Below are positions 12,439 to 24,961 of a stretch of 64,000 nucleotides of DNA, piece after piece. Positions within the stretch are counted from its first letter, which is position 1. Each line of letters opens with the position of its first letter. Source of the DNA: Takakia lepidozioides (Eukaryota; Plantae; Bryophyta); assembly GCA_030704615.1 (NCBI GenBank), contig CM060731.1, positions 66,154,001-66,218,000 on the forward strand, given 5' to 3'. The translations under genes and the position numbers were made by a program. A model generated the notes under the pieces. That model was not told the DNA's origin. It saw only the letters and a list, made by a program, of their open reading frames with translations, and did not search any database.

Positions 12439-13536
12439 CTATTTGAATCGGACCTCTTTGTGCATACGTACTTCATTCACTGTTTTGACACAGGTTTTCA
12501 GCCTCATACCTTTCACACTTGTCCACCTACTAAGCCCTTGTCACTGTCTTGAATCCCTGGTTGCAAGGTTACTTTTTGGGGATGCACGGAATCAGCCTGG
12601 CAAGGCACTAGTTAGTGGCTCTAGAACGCAGAACGCACAACTTCCAATGTCTGTCTCTGTGTTTCTTGGGCAAAACCAGCACCTGCCCAGGCGTCCACCG
12701 AGTACTCCCAAGAATCTCAGATCTGCATGTTGGATCATAGATCTGTGGCAGTGAAAAATGTCCATCTTGCTAGTTTTTAGAAAAGAGTGTTTGTCATGCA
12801 TTGTGTATCAAAAGGGAATTTCATTCCATCTCTTTTCTCGCCCAAACAGGCGCGTGTCAACAAAGTCTCGTGAGTACATTCTCTGAGACTGCCACAAGGA
12901 TATGCAGGTAGCACGCTATGTCATCGTCCCCTGCGAAAAGAACCATGTTTTGCAAATCTCCAGCTTTCCGTATCCATTCATAGATAGCAATCTCCAACAT
13001 GTGTAGTAGAATGTGAAGTGGCTCCCTGCTCAAAAACACATGAGGGTGGAAGACGGGGAAGTGCTTTGCTTGAGCAGGTAGCCCAGTGGTTGTGTGTTTG
13101 TGCCTTGCCTGTGCATAACCTGGGTGATCCTAGGTTCAATCCTTCAACATGTGCCTTCAGATTGTCCATTGGGCCCTCGATGGCCTGTGTGTTGTGTTGA
13201 GCAGTACGCTCTGTAAATTCACTGGACTATAAAGAAACTTTATCTTTATCTTTCTTCACATCTTGGAAAATTTCTCCACCACCTCACTTCTTGGGCATAG
13301 ATAGAGGTAGCTGCATCAATCAAACGATGAAATGCAGAGACATGACATGATAGCTTTGGCAACACTCCGCCATTCTTCTTCCGAAGAACAATGAAATATG
13401 GGATGTCCGTATGGAACACTGTGGGATGACCCCGCCCTTTTTGTGAAAATTGAACGTAGTTCTCAGAATTCGTCACTAGTAATGCGGAGCAATGCGAAGC
13501 CCTAGTGGCTTTTCATATTCAATGTCAAGATGCACA

Positions 13537-13762
13537 TTGGCTGGTAGCTCAGCTGGTAAGTGCACAGTGTGTCACCCTGGTGGTTCGGAGCAAACCCGCT
13601 GCCCCTGCCCCGTGCGTGGGATTGTTCGTGACAATATGTTTGCGCGTTGATTGTCCTGTAGGCCTCATGGCCCATAAATGAAAGGGGGTTAATTTTTCCC
13701 CCTCCTCAAGGGCCTGAATTGTGGGTTGTTGCTCCTAGGTTTCCTTTTAAAAAAAAATATAA
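13537..13762 (+). mobile_element. tRNA-derived SINE with A-rich tail and ~16-bp target-site duplication
   Basis: A box TAGCTCAGCTGG at 13545; degenerate B box/T-arm cggAGCAAACccg at 13586-13598; A-rich tail 13749-13762; TSD aatgtcaagatgcaca (13521-13536) / aatgtcaagattcata (13763-13778). Confidence 0.85.
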
Positions 13763-13825
13763 AATGTCAAGATTCATAGTTAACTAGGTAGCCTATGCCG
13801 TTGGCCCAAGAGTCGAGTGTCATAA

Positions 13826-16650
13826 TATTCATTCTTACATGCATTTGCTATTATATAGATCATCTATGTGTATCCCATGAATTCAAGAAGATTATGAGTA
13901 ACCTATGCATAGGATTGACGATTTATAGATGATGTAAGACATATAAGCTTACATTTCTGTACTTAAATAAATAATGAACTAATGTATTTTCAAAATTCAA
14001 ACGATATCATGCCACAACCTAATTTTCTTTAAACAAATATATGTACGTATGTGCACATACGTACATATATGTATATCATTTGAATAATCCAAATATGATG
14101 AGATATTATCTTTAAGAATGTTGGATTATAACGTGATATTGTGATGGTACTTAAAGAACAATTGGATCTAATAACATGTGTGGACGTATACTCTACAGTT
14201 TTCTAGTTTATTTGTAATACTTAGAATGTTTATATTATCATATATACAATTAAATAATAAATATATATTATATAAATTATATAAAAAAATTAAGAATAAT
14301 TACAAAGATGTGACAGATTGAATTAGAATCTATTCTATAACAGTCTTAGTAAATGCATATAAAATGTCACAATTAAGTGTTCATTCTTACATGTCCCTTC
14401 TTAAAGAACAATTGGATCTAACATGTGTGGACACTGTATAGTTTTCTAGTTTATTCATAATACTTAGAATTTTTGTATTGACAAATATGCAATAAAAAAA
14501 AAATAACTAAAAATAATTACAAATATGTAACAGATTGAATTAAATCTATTCTTAAGGGGGAAAAAAAATTAAAACCCCGATTAAGCCATAAGGCACACAC
14601 ACTGTGATCAGTGTAATTAGAGCCACACATCCAACAAATTGGATTTGGGAGAAACCAAGTTCTGGGACAGATCCCCAAAAATACCATTTTAATGCAGGCA
14701 GACTGATGGTTCCTAATGTGACCGACCCTTCGACTCTACATTGGCAATACAACAAATGAAATGACCCAGATTTTTGTCATTACCTTTCCTAGAGCAGAAT
14801 GGTTTAAGAGTAATTAAGTCTCGAGGCCTTGGATGAAATCTTGAGGTGTTTCCAGTTGACATCTCGCTCAAACTCCGGCGAACGAGTGGAGGGGGATTCG
14901 AAGGTCGCGCTAGGCTGGTGGAGGTACCTCTGTCCAGAAGCATTTGTCTTGCGATGGGGAGTAACAAATGATTCTCGCGAGGCCCCATGAATAGCAGAAA
15001 GCAGCGTGGATATTATCTGCGCTTCCAGAATTTCGTTCCATGTCTGCACATGTTTTAGCCCAAGCTTTACGAGCTTCAGTTTGGAGATCATAAAAAATAC
15101 TGGAGAGGAGCGTAGATATGGTGGTGGTTTGTCCAGAGAAGATATTCTTACAGCGGATCTTCCATAGGTGCCAAAGTGTGGACCCTCTCCGGGTTTCGAA
15201 TACTAGACAGTTTACAGCCTTGTTTTTTGTGTTCTTATCATAGTTTAGAAGTAAATGAGTTTCAGCAATGGGTCTTGGATTCCAGTTTAGGTAAAATATT
15301 TTCAACAGAGGCCATATCTTGGATGGTGCTTGACAATGAAGCAAACAGTGCTTCAGGGTTTCCTGCACAGCGGTAGAGCAGCACGCACAAAGGACTGATG
15401 CTTGGAATTGGAGCCACTCCCCTACTTTAAGCACTTGTTCGCAACTTGCTAGGCAGAAATTTTTGTAGGACGGGATTTGATCCATACCGAGCCCCAGATA
15501 GCAGACCACTTCTCATCTCGAAATCCGTGGGATTCTCATTCAAGTCCCACTTAGAGAGCATTGGTTTTGTTTTGGATAGTACCCTGTATTATCTTTTTGT
15601 TGCGTAAAAGAAAAAAGGGTATGGCGATCTGGTGAAGATCCATGACCATTCTGTCGGGTCAACATCAAGCTCTGCCAAAGGCCTTCCAAGGATCCATACA
15701 AAAGTGTTAGAGGCTAGCCAGTCATGAACTGGGACAGATAACGGGGGTAATGGGTTGAAGGCCTTATCTTGCGAAGTCCAGTAGCAAATCCTAATCGGGG
15801 TTAGAGGTATTGGTTTAATGAGTTGAGGAATTGTCGAAGCAAGAGTGAGCACCAGAGTTGTTGTGGTGATAAAAAAGTTGAAGATCGTGAGTTGTTGTGG
15901 TGAAGCGTATTGGATAAAAATGACTGATAATTGACCCTGGTATATGGCCAAGCCCCACGAATTGTCTAGAAGAACCGGGGGGCCCGATTCCAGGATGACC
16001 AACCATTGAGGGTTTATGGATGTGATGAGGGCTTGATATCCCTTGTTTGCCCTTCTTTTGCCCACTAGTTGCGAGATCGATTTTAGAAAATGGAGGGCTC
16101 TATTTTTCCAAATGTCGTAGCCTTACTAAATGCATATAAAATATCAAAATTCCGTGTTCATTCTTACATGTACCTTCTATTATTATATTGCTCATTTATG
16201 TGTAGAGTCTCATAAGTAGAATATTTTAATTGTCGTGCAATAAGTTATTCTAAATAAAAATAAATCACCTGGATCAAATTAAAAAATGAATAATAAATAT
16301 TATTTTAATATGCAGATAAGATTTTATAATTCAGTATTCATTCTAACATGCACCTCCATATTATATAGATCATTTATGTGTAACGCATGAATTCAAAAAT
16401 ATTATGAGTGACCTATGCATAGGCTGCACGATTTAGAGATGATCTATAGATATATAGTCAATGCATTTCTGTACTTAAATACTTATTAATGTTTGAAATA
16501 TTTTATTCATAAAACTGAGAATGTTTTGTATTGTTAGACATGCAGTACAATGTTTTCAATTAAAAATCACAAGGATGTGACAGATCAAATATATAAAATT
16601 ATATAGCATCATTTCTAAATACATATAAGACTCAACAATTTAATTTAATT
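13826..16650. repeat. AT-rich degenerate tandem repeat array (~250-bp modules), interrupted by a LINE
   Basis: Recurring blocks ttcattcttacatg… (13826, 14380, 16155, 16335) and cttaaagaacaattggatcta…acatgtgtggac (14150, 14400). Confidence 0.7.
14553..16117 (-). mobile_element. 5'-truncated L1-like LINE remnant (post-RT region, zf-RVT domain, 3' tail)
   Basis: ORFs 16065-15589 and 15509-14910: DVDPTEWSW…FFYATKR, LKVGEWL…CACC…QETLKHCLLHC…IW, LWHLWKIRCKNIF. It splits one unit of the surrounding tandem repeat (…aatctattct | LINE | agccttactaaatgcatataaaat…). Confidence 0.85.
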
Positions 16651-17056
16651 TATACTTATAATGACCTACATAATATTGGGCGGTACGTGTACCTAAACCG
16701 TAACTCATTTATACTACATTGTTTCTTTTGCATACATCAGTGGAAAAAATAACCATTATAGAGGCCGTGAAGGCTAACTGTGGGGAAATTCCCCCGTAAC
16801 TCAATATATTGAAAGTTACAATTTTAGAAGTAAAAATATGTTTAATTAATTAATTGTGATCATAGGGGAGATATAAATTAATTGATTCTTACTGATTTAA
16901 AATGCGATTTAGATAATAATATTCTTGAAAAATCATACACCTCATATTTCGTATTTCATAGCACTTCTTGCTCACCTGAGATCATTTATGCTTACCGTAG
17001 TACCTTGGCAACTTCGACACAAAAATTTAATATTTCAAAGATTGTTAAAAAATTTG

Positions 17057-17515
17057 GAGCCCGCACTGCTCCTCCGCTTCTCATCATTTCAAAAATCAAA
17101 GGGCTTTGTTGTTGTCTGCAAGGTCATTGTCATCGACAACAAACACGTCCTCAGGGCCTCCTTTGCAAGGATGTCGTGCTTGCGGAACCAGGACGACTGC
17201 CCTTATGAAGAGCCCGCACTGCTCCTCCGCTTCTCATCATTTCAAAAATCAAAGGGCTTCGTTGTTGTCTGCAAGGTCATTGTCATCGACAACAAACACG
17301 TCCTCAGGGCCTCCTTTGCAAGGATGTCGTGCTTGCGGAATCAGGACGATTGCCCTTATGAAGAGCCCGCACTGCTCCTCCGCTTCTCATCATTTCAAAA
17401 ATAAAAGGGCTTCGTTGTTGTCTGCAAGGTCATTGTCATCGAAAACAAACACGTCATCAGGGCCTCCTTTGCAAGGATGTCGTGCTTGCGGAACCAGGAC
17501 GACTGCCCTTATGAA
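17057..17515. repeat. tandem repeat, 3 x 153 bp, near-identical
   Basis: Units start gagcccgcactgctcctccgc at 17057, 17210 and 17363 and end gactgcccttatgaa; only a few substitutions between units. Confidence 0.97.
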
Positions 17516-17519
17516 GGCT

Positions 17520-19520
17520 TTGATTATGCAATGTATTCGGCCACATCGGGAGACATCGTTATCTGGCAAACAGTTTCCATAGAAGATAGTGGGGCGAATG
17601 TGGAAACATTGTCAGCTTTTGAGTATATCCCAGGCCACTACGCCTTCGAGCAGGGTGACGATCTTGGTCTAATGAGTCCGTGGCTCCTGCGCATCCTTGA
17701 TTCCAATTTTCCCAGCTACGGCGGGCATCCATGCAGAAGAATGCGCACTGCTATGATGTTGCGGTGGAACTGCTGCCAGTGACGTGGGTAGACTCCATCG
17801 AGAGACGTGTACTTCTGAAGGAGTGCGCTCATCTTCTCCTAAAAGAGGACTCTATGTGAGGAACTACTAGGGCTGCATAGGCAATTGACATGTTGTTGGC
17901 TTCCCTCCATGCTCTTCTAGTTACAGAGAGTTCGTTGTCCCGCACTTTGACCTTTTGATGCAATTCTAAAAGTTGCTGGTCATTTTCTTCATTAAGGCGC
18001 TTCAACTCCTGGATGACATCCTCATTGCGACAAAGAGTACTACCCAAATGCAACTCATCACCGAGTTCACAATATTCATTTATGGTTAGGGCCATCAGAC
18101 ACCAAGTTAACAGTCGAGCCATTTTTACAAACAAAAAACTGTCAACCTACAAAACTCACTAAATTGAAAATTCAAAATTCTACAAGTTTCACATCTGCAA
18201 TTTCTTTTCAATTTCAAGAATACTAGTCTAAAATATGGGATCTCCCAAAATGAAGAAAACTGTTGGGAATTCTTTTTCCTTCTCATCTCCACGGTTCTTC
18301 TCCTTCATCATCATCGTCGTCAGTGTCATCTGACCATCATCGTCATCGTCACTGTCTTCCTGATCATTATTATCATCACTGTCCTCCTGATCATCCTCTT
18401 CATCTTCTTCTTTCGACTCTTCCTCCTCGTCTCTTGGTTCTTTTTCCTCTCTCCATCTCTATCATCGTTTGTCTCTTATTCATCATCTAAATTTGCTTTG
18501 TTGTCGTTGTGTAGGTTTTTGTCTATACAACATGGAAACAATTTACACGTCTTAAATTATTCAATCACGTTGATAGAAACATTGTAGGAAATTCAAAACA
18601 TTGGACATGAGGGTGATAATACTCACACGCCTCATTTTTCTTATAGCGCGCAGTCGCTAAAGTACATGTTTTCGCATGAATATGATCTTCAAATCTTCAC
18701 TTCTCCATCTCCGTATTGGTGCATGCTAACGTCTCCGATCTATAAGGGGTTTAATCATAAGGTTTGTTTGAATTGAGAAAATCTTTGACATCGATTTGGT
18801 GAACACATCTACAATTCAAATAAACCAACTTTGGTACACATCAATCAATAGCAGAGGTAGAATAGTACCTTAGTTTGCAACTTTATTGCTCATGATATGT
18901 TAGCAAAACGGATGTCATCTTCTTTCGCAACTTGCGGCGATGCACCTTCCAGTAATCTTTGCTATAAACACCATTTTCAGTCGTGTCAAATCATGTTTGC
19001 AACCCCTCATAGGTTTATACTGTGCAAGTTTTTTTCGCACCACCTTACAAGTCGCATTGGAACCCACGACATCTTCCAACGTCTTGAGAGATAAATCCAT
19101 TATTTTCCATTCACGAATACCAAAGTTTTCAGACAGATCTGTTTCAAATAGAGTTGCCAACAATGGGACTCGTTTTTGTTTTCTCTTTTTCTCCATAGTA
19201 CCCTCGTGCGCATTTTTCCACATTCGATCTGCTCTTAACTTGAATCTATAACGTGCATTGTTATCGTACACTCTATTTCTTTTCTCTGCATCTGAATATA
19301 TCCTCATGTTGGTTTTATGATAGTTTTGCTCTCTTTGTTTCCCATCGGTAGGACGACCAGGTTTACCTAGAGAGAGGCGATGACCTCTACACTTCACCAT
19401 AAGATGGTTTTGGAAGTTGTGCTTATCCTTCTAACCCATAGAAGCTCTTTGGCCGCACATCAAACAAAACCACTTGCCAGCATCCCGTCTGTAGTGCATC
19501 CCATCTTGTGCAAACAATCC
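17520..19520 (-). pseudogene. decayed multi-exon gene, probably a transposon accessory gene (coiled-coil, acidic tract, basic and Cys-containing segments)
   Basis: Minus-strand ORF pieces 18134-17829 (coiled-coil) and 19400-18915 (basic), with a D/E-rich tract near 18290-18480, embedded in AT-rich repeat DNA. No family recognised. Confidence 0.35.
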
Positions 19521-19741
19521 ACTTGTGTAACATATATATGGATGTGAGAAAATAGGTACATTAATGTTTCAAAAATGAAGATTTCTCCACATGATGATAC
19601 CATTGTAAAGGTATTGGTCTTTAACCATCTATTATACTTATACATGATGATGATACCTCCGTAGAGACAAAAACACATATCTTATGATACTTCTATAGAA
19701 GAAAAAACATTGCGTACGATCCCACAGTTGCAAGCATGACC

Positions 19742-20192
19742 ACTAGTGTTGATGGTCCCGTTAATTCTCTAAATATAAACTAATTGAGGATCACTACCAC
19801 TATTGTATTAACGATGGTTATGGTGGTCCGATTTCTCATTTTATTTCACTATAAGATAATCTGGGTTTCACGACAATGTTTTTTTTCCCCGCAGTCATGG
19901 CACATCTAATTGAACGTATAACAACATAGTCGCGAAAGCCATTACAAATAAATAAAATAATCGTCGTAGTCATGTGAGTGACTATGCGATTTGAACGGGG
20001 TCAAACTTGGTTGACCATAGACACATGAGATGGTACATATGAATAGTAAATCATATACATATCTACTACTAGATGTCATGTCATAGTCATGTATTACTAC
20101 ATAACTACATGACTATGAGTGTGATGTAAATGTGACTAACAGTCATATATATGACTACGATTAGACATATCAAAAACTTTATATTTCAAAGT
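19742..20192 (+). repeat. diverged duplicate of 21168-21652, including the flank and left end of the CACTA element
   Basis: actagtg(t/c)tga(t/c)ggtcc…atttctcattttattt CACTA(T/C)AAGATAATCTGGGTTTCACGAC… through tttatatttcaaagtt is shared by both copies. Confidence 0.85.
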
Positions 20193-20738
20193 TCTAGCGA
20201 CGATTGAAGGTTGAAAGCTAGTTTGACGTAGAAAATGAATATGGTGTCATAGTGTCACGTTATCAGGTTTCATTGCCATGTTTCGATGTCAATTTTCCTG
20301 AAACGTGCCCGGGCTGCCCGAAAATAACTGGAAGAGCTGTGCGTGGGACTTGGATGAGGATGCCACCGCGTCATTGAGTGCGGAGGGGTGTTTCGATCTC
20401 TGCATGCTCCCTTCTCAGGACCTTTTCCGCCGTTCTTTAAATTTAAAAAAAAAATCTAAAAACTATTTTTTTTATATAAACAGATCAATATAATTATGGA
20501 ATAAATGAGATTATAATGAAAGGTAAAGTTCAATTGGATTATTGTCGACATGACGTACATTCCAAGCTTATTCAATTATGTTGGCTGCGATTGGATCATT
20601 TTCGACGTAACGTCCATTCCAAGCTTATTGTATAAGACGATTTTGTAACTTGACTAATGTGGTTACAGTGAGATGCAAATTGGCTGAACTATAACTACAC
20701 ACATGATGTGTCTACAACATTATTACAAAGTGCAGATC

Positions 20739-20742
<4 letters not shown>

Positions 20743-20784
<42 letters not shown>
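20743..20784. repeat. (AT)21 microsatellite
   Basis: Perfect AT dinucleotide run. Confidence 0.95.
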
Positions 20785-20786
<2 letters not shown>

Positions 20787-21333
20787 ATTATATTTTTTGA
20801 GGTATCTCAAAATTTTAGACCTTTCAAAAGTTAAATAATTAAAAAATTAAATCGATACCGCCAGTTTTGTTTTTAATGTTCATTCATTGCTTCATATTAT
20901 TATTGTTTGATTTAATTTAAATACAGAATTACGTTAAATTTTATCCGGATTTAAGCCAAAAGCCCAAAACTAGTTAAAATTGAGTTACAATTAAATTCAG
21001 CGCAAGTGGTTCCGGTAGTCTTGTTTATTTTCTTGGTAAAAATTTAAATCAAGACCGTCAGCTCTAACGGTCTCGTTTTATCTTTAAATAATAACTAAAT
21101 TGGGACCACCAGCTCGCTAGCTGGAGCTGGTGGTCCCGTTTTTTTATTTTATTTAATCGGGATAATTACTAGTGCTGACGGTCCTGTTAATTCTCTGAAT
21201 ATAAATTAAATGGGAACCGCCACCACCATTGTACTAACAATGGCTATGACGGTCTCCACATTTTTCATTTCGTTTAAAATTGAAACAAAAGCAGGATCGC
21301 CGACAGTGGCGGTCCCAATTTCTCATTTTATTT

Positions 21334-22802
21334 CACTACAAGATAATCTGGGTTTCACGACTATGGTTTTTTTTTTTTTCCGTAGTCATGACACATCTGA
21401 TTGAACATATAACTACACATCGCGAAAACCCTTAAAAATAAATAAAATATTTGACGTAGTCATATGGATGACTACAACTTGAACGTGGGGTCAAACTTGG
21501 TTGACCACGGGCATATGAGATGTCTACGACTAGATGTCATGTCATAATGTCATGTATTACTACATGACTATGATTGTGATGTCATGTTGTACGGTAAATG
21601 TGACTAATAGTCATATACGATTAGACGTGTCAAAAGCTTTATATTTCAAAGTTTGTTATGGTTATATACAATCAAACCACTTATGTGGTATATATATGTA
21701 CTCTCGGCCTGAAGTTAGATATTGTCCATTTATTACATACAGATCGATGTGAATTGTTGAGATCTCTAATAAATTTTTCGAAGCTCGAGAAACTCTTAGA
21801 TGAATTTTATATGTTTTCAACTGCATTTCTCAGCAAGTGTTTCGTGTGGCATGGATGTGGGAGCAGAGTGGGCAGTGTGGGGATGGGAATAGGGTAGGTT
21901 GGAAGGTGTGTTTGCGTTTCTTGAAAAACGTCTTGATCACCTCATTACCTTAATGGTCAGTATGGTCTACTTTATTGAATTGATTTACTGTAGTGGATCA
22001 TGCACAGCTAGAGTGTCGCATATTAAAATCCATAATAAGCCATGTGTGTATTATTCATGTTGTGTTTCGACTTCTGTCCTATGTTTATTAACTTTTGTCG
22101 TTATCAATTGTCAACTGGACAGTGTGACCATCTCGTAATTAAACACAGCACAACTCGTCAGATGAGCGACAAACCGCAACAGTAACCTAACAAGGACCTC
22201 ACTACATTTTAGTGCTCTAATATAGAGTCTACATCTTCACTTTAGAGGAGGTCAGTTTATTGGTTTTCTCAAAGCTCTCACTTTCAACTTACAACGGAAT
22301 AGAAGCCAAGAGCGTGTCAGCCCCGCAAAACAACGGAACTACATGTATTTGAATTTTGAGAATCAATATCGCTGTAATGAAAAGTTTTGCACCAGTTGCT
22401 TGCTTGCCTATCCATGTGTTCGCAGTCTCATGCACTTGTGGTTAGGGTATTTGTTAATTGCCCTCCTTGTTGATGGTGTGGGATTGAAAGTCAAATGGTC
22501 AACAGTGAATAGTCAATGCACAGTTCAAATTTTGAATTTTGAATTTCGAAATCAGAACCGCTAAAATTCAAAAATTCAAAATTTGAATTTGAATTTGAAT
22601 TTTAAAATCTTTAAAATCATATGTTATAAAATCTTATAACTACCACGTCATCGCAATGACACATAGTCACGGGATCTATGACTGTGTGATACTTATGACT
22701 TAATGGCCCTACGACAATGTGTTTGCAACTGTTAGTCATGAGGGACTTATAACTAAAAAATAATCATGAAACTCGGTGTAAAACCATGTTTCTTTTGTAG
22801 TG
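21334..22802. mobile_element. non-autonomous CACTA (En/Spm) element, ~1.47 kb
   Basis: Left terminus CACTACAAGATAA at 21334, right terminus TTTCTTTTGTAGTG ending 22802, 3-bp TSD TTT/TTT, and many subterminal tagtca/tgacta repeats at both ends. Confidence 0.88.
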
Positions 22803-24961
22803 TTTCTAAAATAGAAAAATCAGGACCATCAGCGCTGGAAGTCCCAAGTTTTCAGTTTACATTTCCAAAAAAGTTACTAATTAATTTATATTTATGTGAA
22901 ATCTCTTAATTATTTTCAAAATATTATTAACGATTGCGTTGGATGATTTTTTTTAATTAAAATTTTGAAAATGGTCATTTTCAGTAGGGTTGTCAGTGTC
23001 ACGTTCGTTGAGTCGCGACCTGACATTGACACGACCTACGTCACGTCAAGTTTCGGCGATATACTAGTAAAAAATATTCAAGGTAAAAATATGTCACTGA
23101 AGCAGTAACGGTGGCGGTGACAGATAACTAATGAAAAAAAAACAAAATAAAAGTTGTTTGCATTTTTATTTTTATTTTGAATCTCGCGCAACTATATTTT
23201 GTTATTTTTTAAAATGAAGCAAGTGCAAATATTGACGGTCGACGCAATTACTTTCTTGAAGAGTTACAACTACAATATCTTCTGAAAAGGATTGGTCCTT
23301 ACATCATAATGAATTCATGATGAAAGAATTCATCTGTAACTTTGATGTAGAGACAAATTTTACACAGGTGAAGAGGATTCCAAGACCTCTTCAACTTTCC
23401 GATTACGGAGGCAAAACCAACTGAAGCAGGAGCCCAGAAGTCAAGGGTCTTCTTAGTTAGAATGATTCACACCAATCATAAAGGTACAAGTGCACCAACA
23501 CACTTGTTGCGGAATTAAAGACGATTGGACCAACATTTAACATCCTGTTCCATATGAAATCATATATACCTTAGTAAATTTTTTATAAAAGACATTACAT
23601 AGCGTTAATAAGGGAGAAGGTGTCTTGGGTTGACATGATGCACCAAGCCTGGCTGTTGGAGAAGTTGAAATGTATTCACGAGAAGTCGAGACGGACCACT
23701 ATAGTGTCGGGCCCCATTGCACAAGTAATTCTTAAATCTTGCCCCTCACTAAGAATGAACGCAAAGCCATGAGGCTGATCGAGATGGAGATCACTGTTGT
23801 TAAGTAACAAGGTCGTACCACAGTAGAGGTCGTCGAGAAGAACAAGGAGAAGCTAAACGACAGAAGGTGATGAAAATCGAGCAACATGACAACCAATAAA
23901 ACCATGTGCCAGAGGAACCTAAAAGACATGAGCAAACAATGACTTTATAACCCAATAAGTACCTTTACAAACTATTACACTTAAATTTGGCTGTCCATTT
24001 CCTTCTAGAGGTGGTAGCCAACATTTCATACTATACAGCAAATAAAGGAAGAGATAAGGCAAGAAGAGCAGAATGAGGGGAACCCTCTATCAGTAATGAC
24101 AAGAGAGGTCATCATTCCAGTCCACTCACCACGAGAGAAGATATTTACAGAGAATAAATTTGAGGGTAATACGTCGGGACCTTCTGAGACAGAAGATACA
24201 AGGCTTCAAGGCCAATTTGATTCTTGGCATTAAACCATGGTATTTCAGCCACCAAGAGAGCAATAAACCACCAAAAAAGCCAACAGGACTTTCAAACTTC
24301 TCACAAACTACTTCAAAGACTATGTGCCTTTGGAACAGTTATGAGCTTTAAAAGAGTAGTTCAAGCAATATTTATTAAATTAAATAATTATCAAATTCAA
24401 ACGGTGGTCATTATTATTTTTTGTAAAAATACTTATTTATTTGAATAATTATAAATTCAAAAACGGCAGATAATATTGACATTCGTTTATTTCTTAAATT
24501 ACAAATGACCGCCAATATTGGAGATCGATTGTATTTCTTAATTTTTATAAATAAAACGTAAAAATAAATAAAAAACAGCAATCGCCTTGACTAGAAAATA
24601 ATAATAAATATTTGATTTTTCTTGGTTGAATATCCGTAAAAAAATACGGGAGTTGACAACTGCAATCCTAAACGGCTTCTATATATACATATATTACGAT
24701 AATAATCGACCGCAATTCAAGACGATTCCCACAACCTAAAAAAAAATGTTTTTTTATTTTGGAGGAGGGGGGAACAAATTTTGACAGCCTTAAAAAAAAT
24801 GCGGCCAAACCTCAGAACGGCTCCTATATAATGGTAAATCATGGTAGATCATGATGAATCATGTTAAATCACGGTAATTTTTGGTAATATGATAACTTGA
24901 TAACTTCTGGTATTTACTCTTGGTAGTTATTCTGGGCTATGTCCGTGACATCACCCCTCCT

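Noticed and set aside
12592-13200. Coding-like minus-strand fragments
   Set aside because: No family recognised and all frames are interrupted.
13537-13610. Functional tRNA gene
   Set aside because: The B box is degenerate and there is no acceptor stem; a body, A-tail and TSD follow, so it is a SINE.
17057-17515. CRISPR-like array
   Set aside because: The units are contiguous with no unique spacers, the context is eukaryotic, and there are no cas genes.
16882-17782. Several 100-160 aa plus-strand ORFs with repeated peptides
   Set aside because: They are products of the 153-bp in-frame tandem repeat, with no domain evidence.
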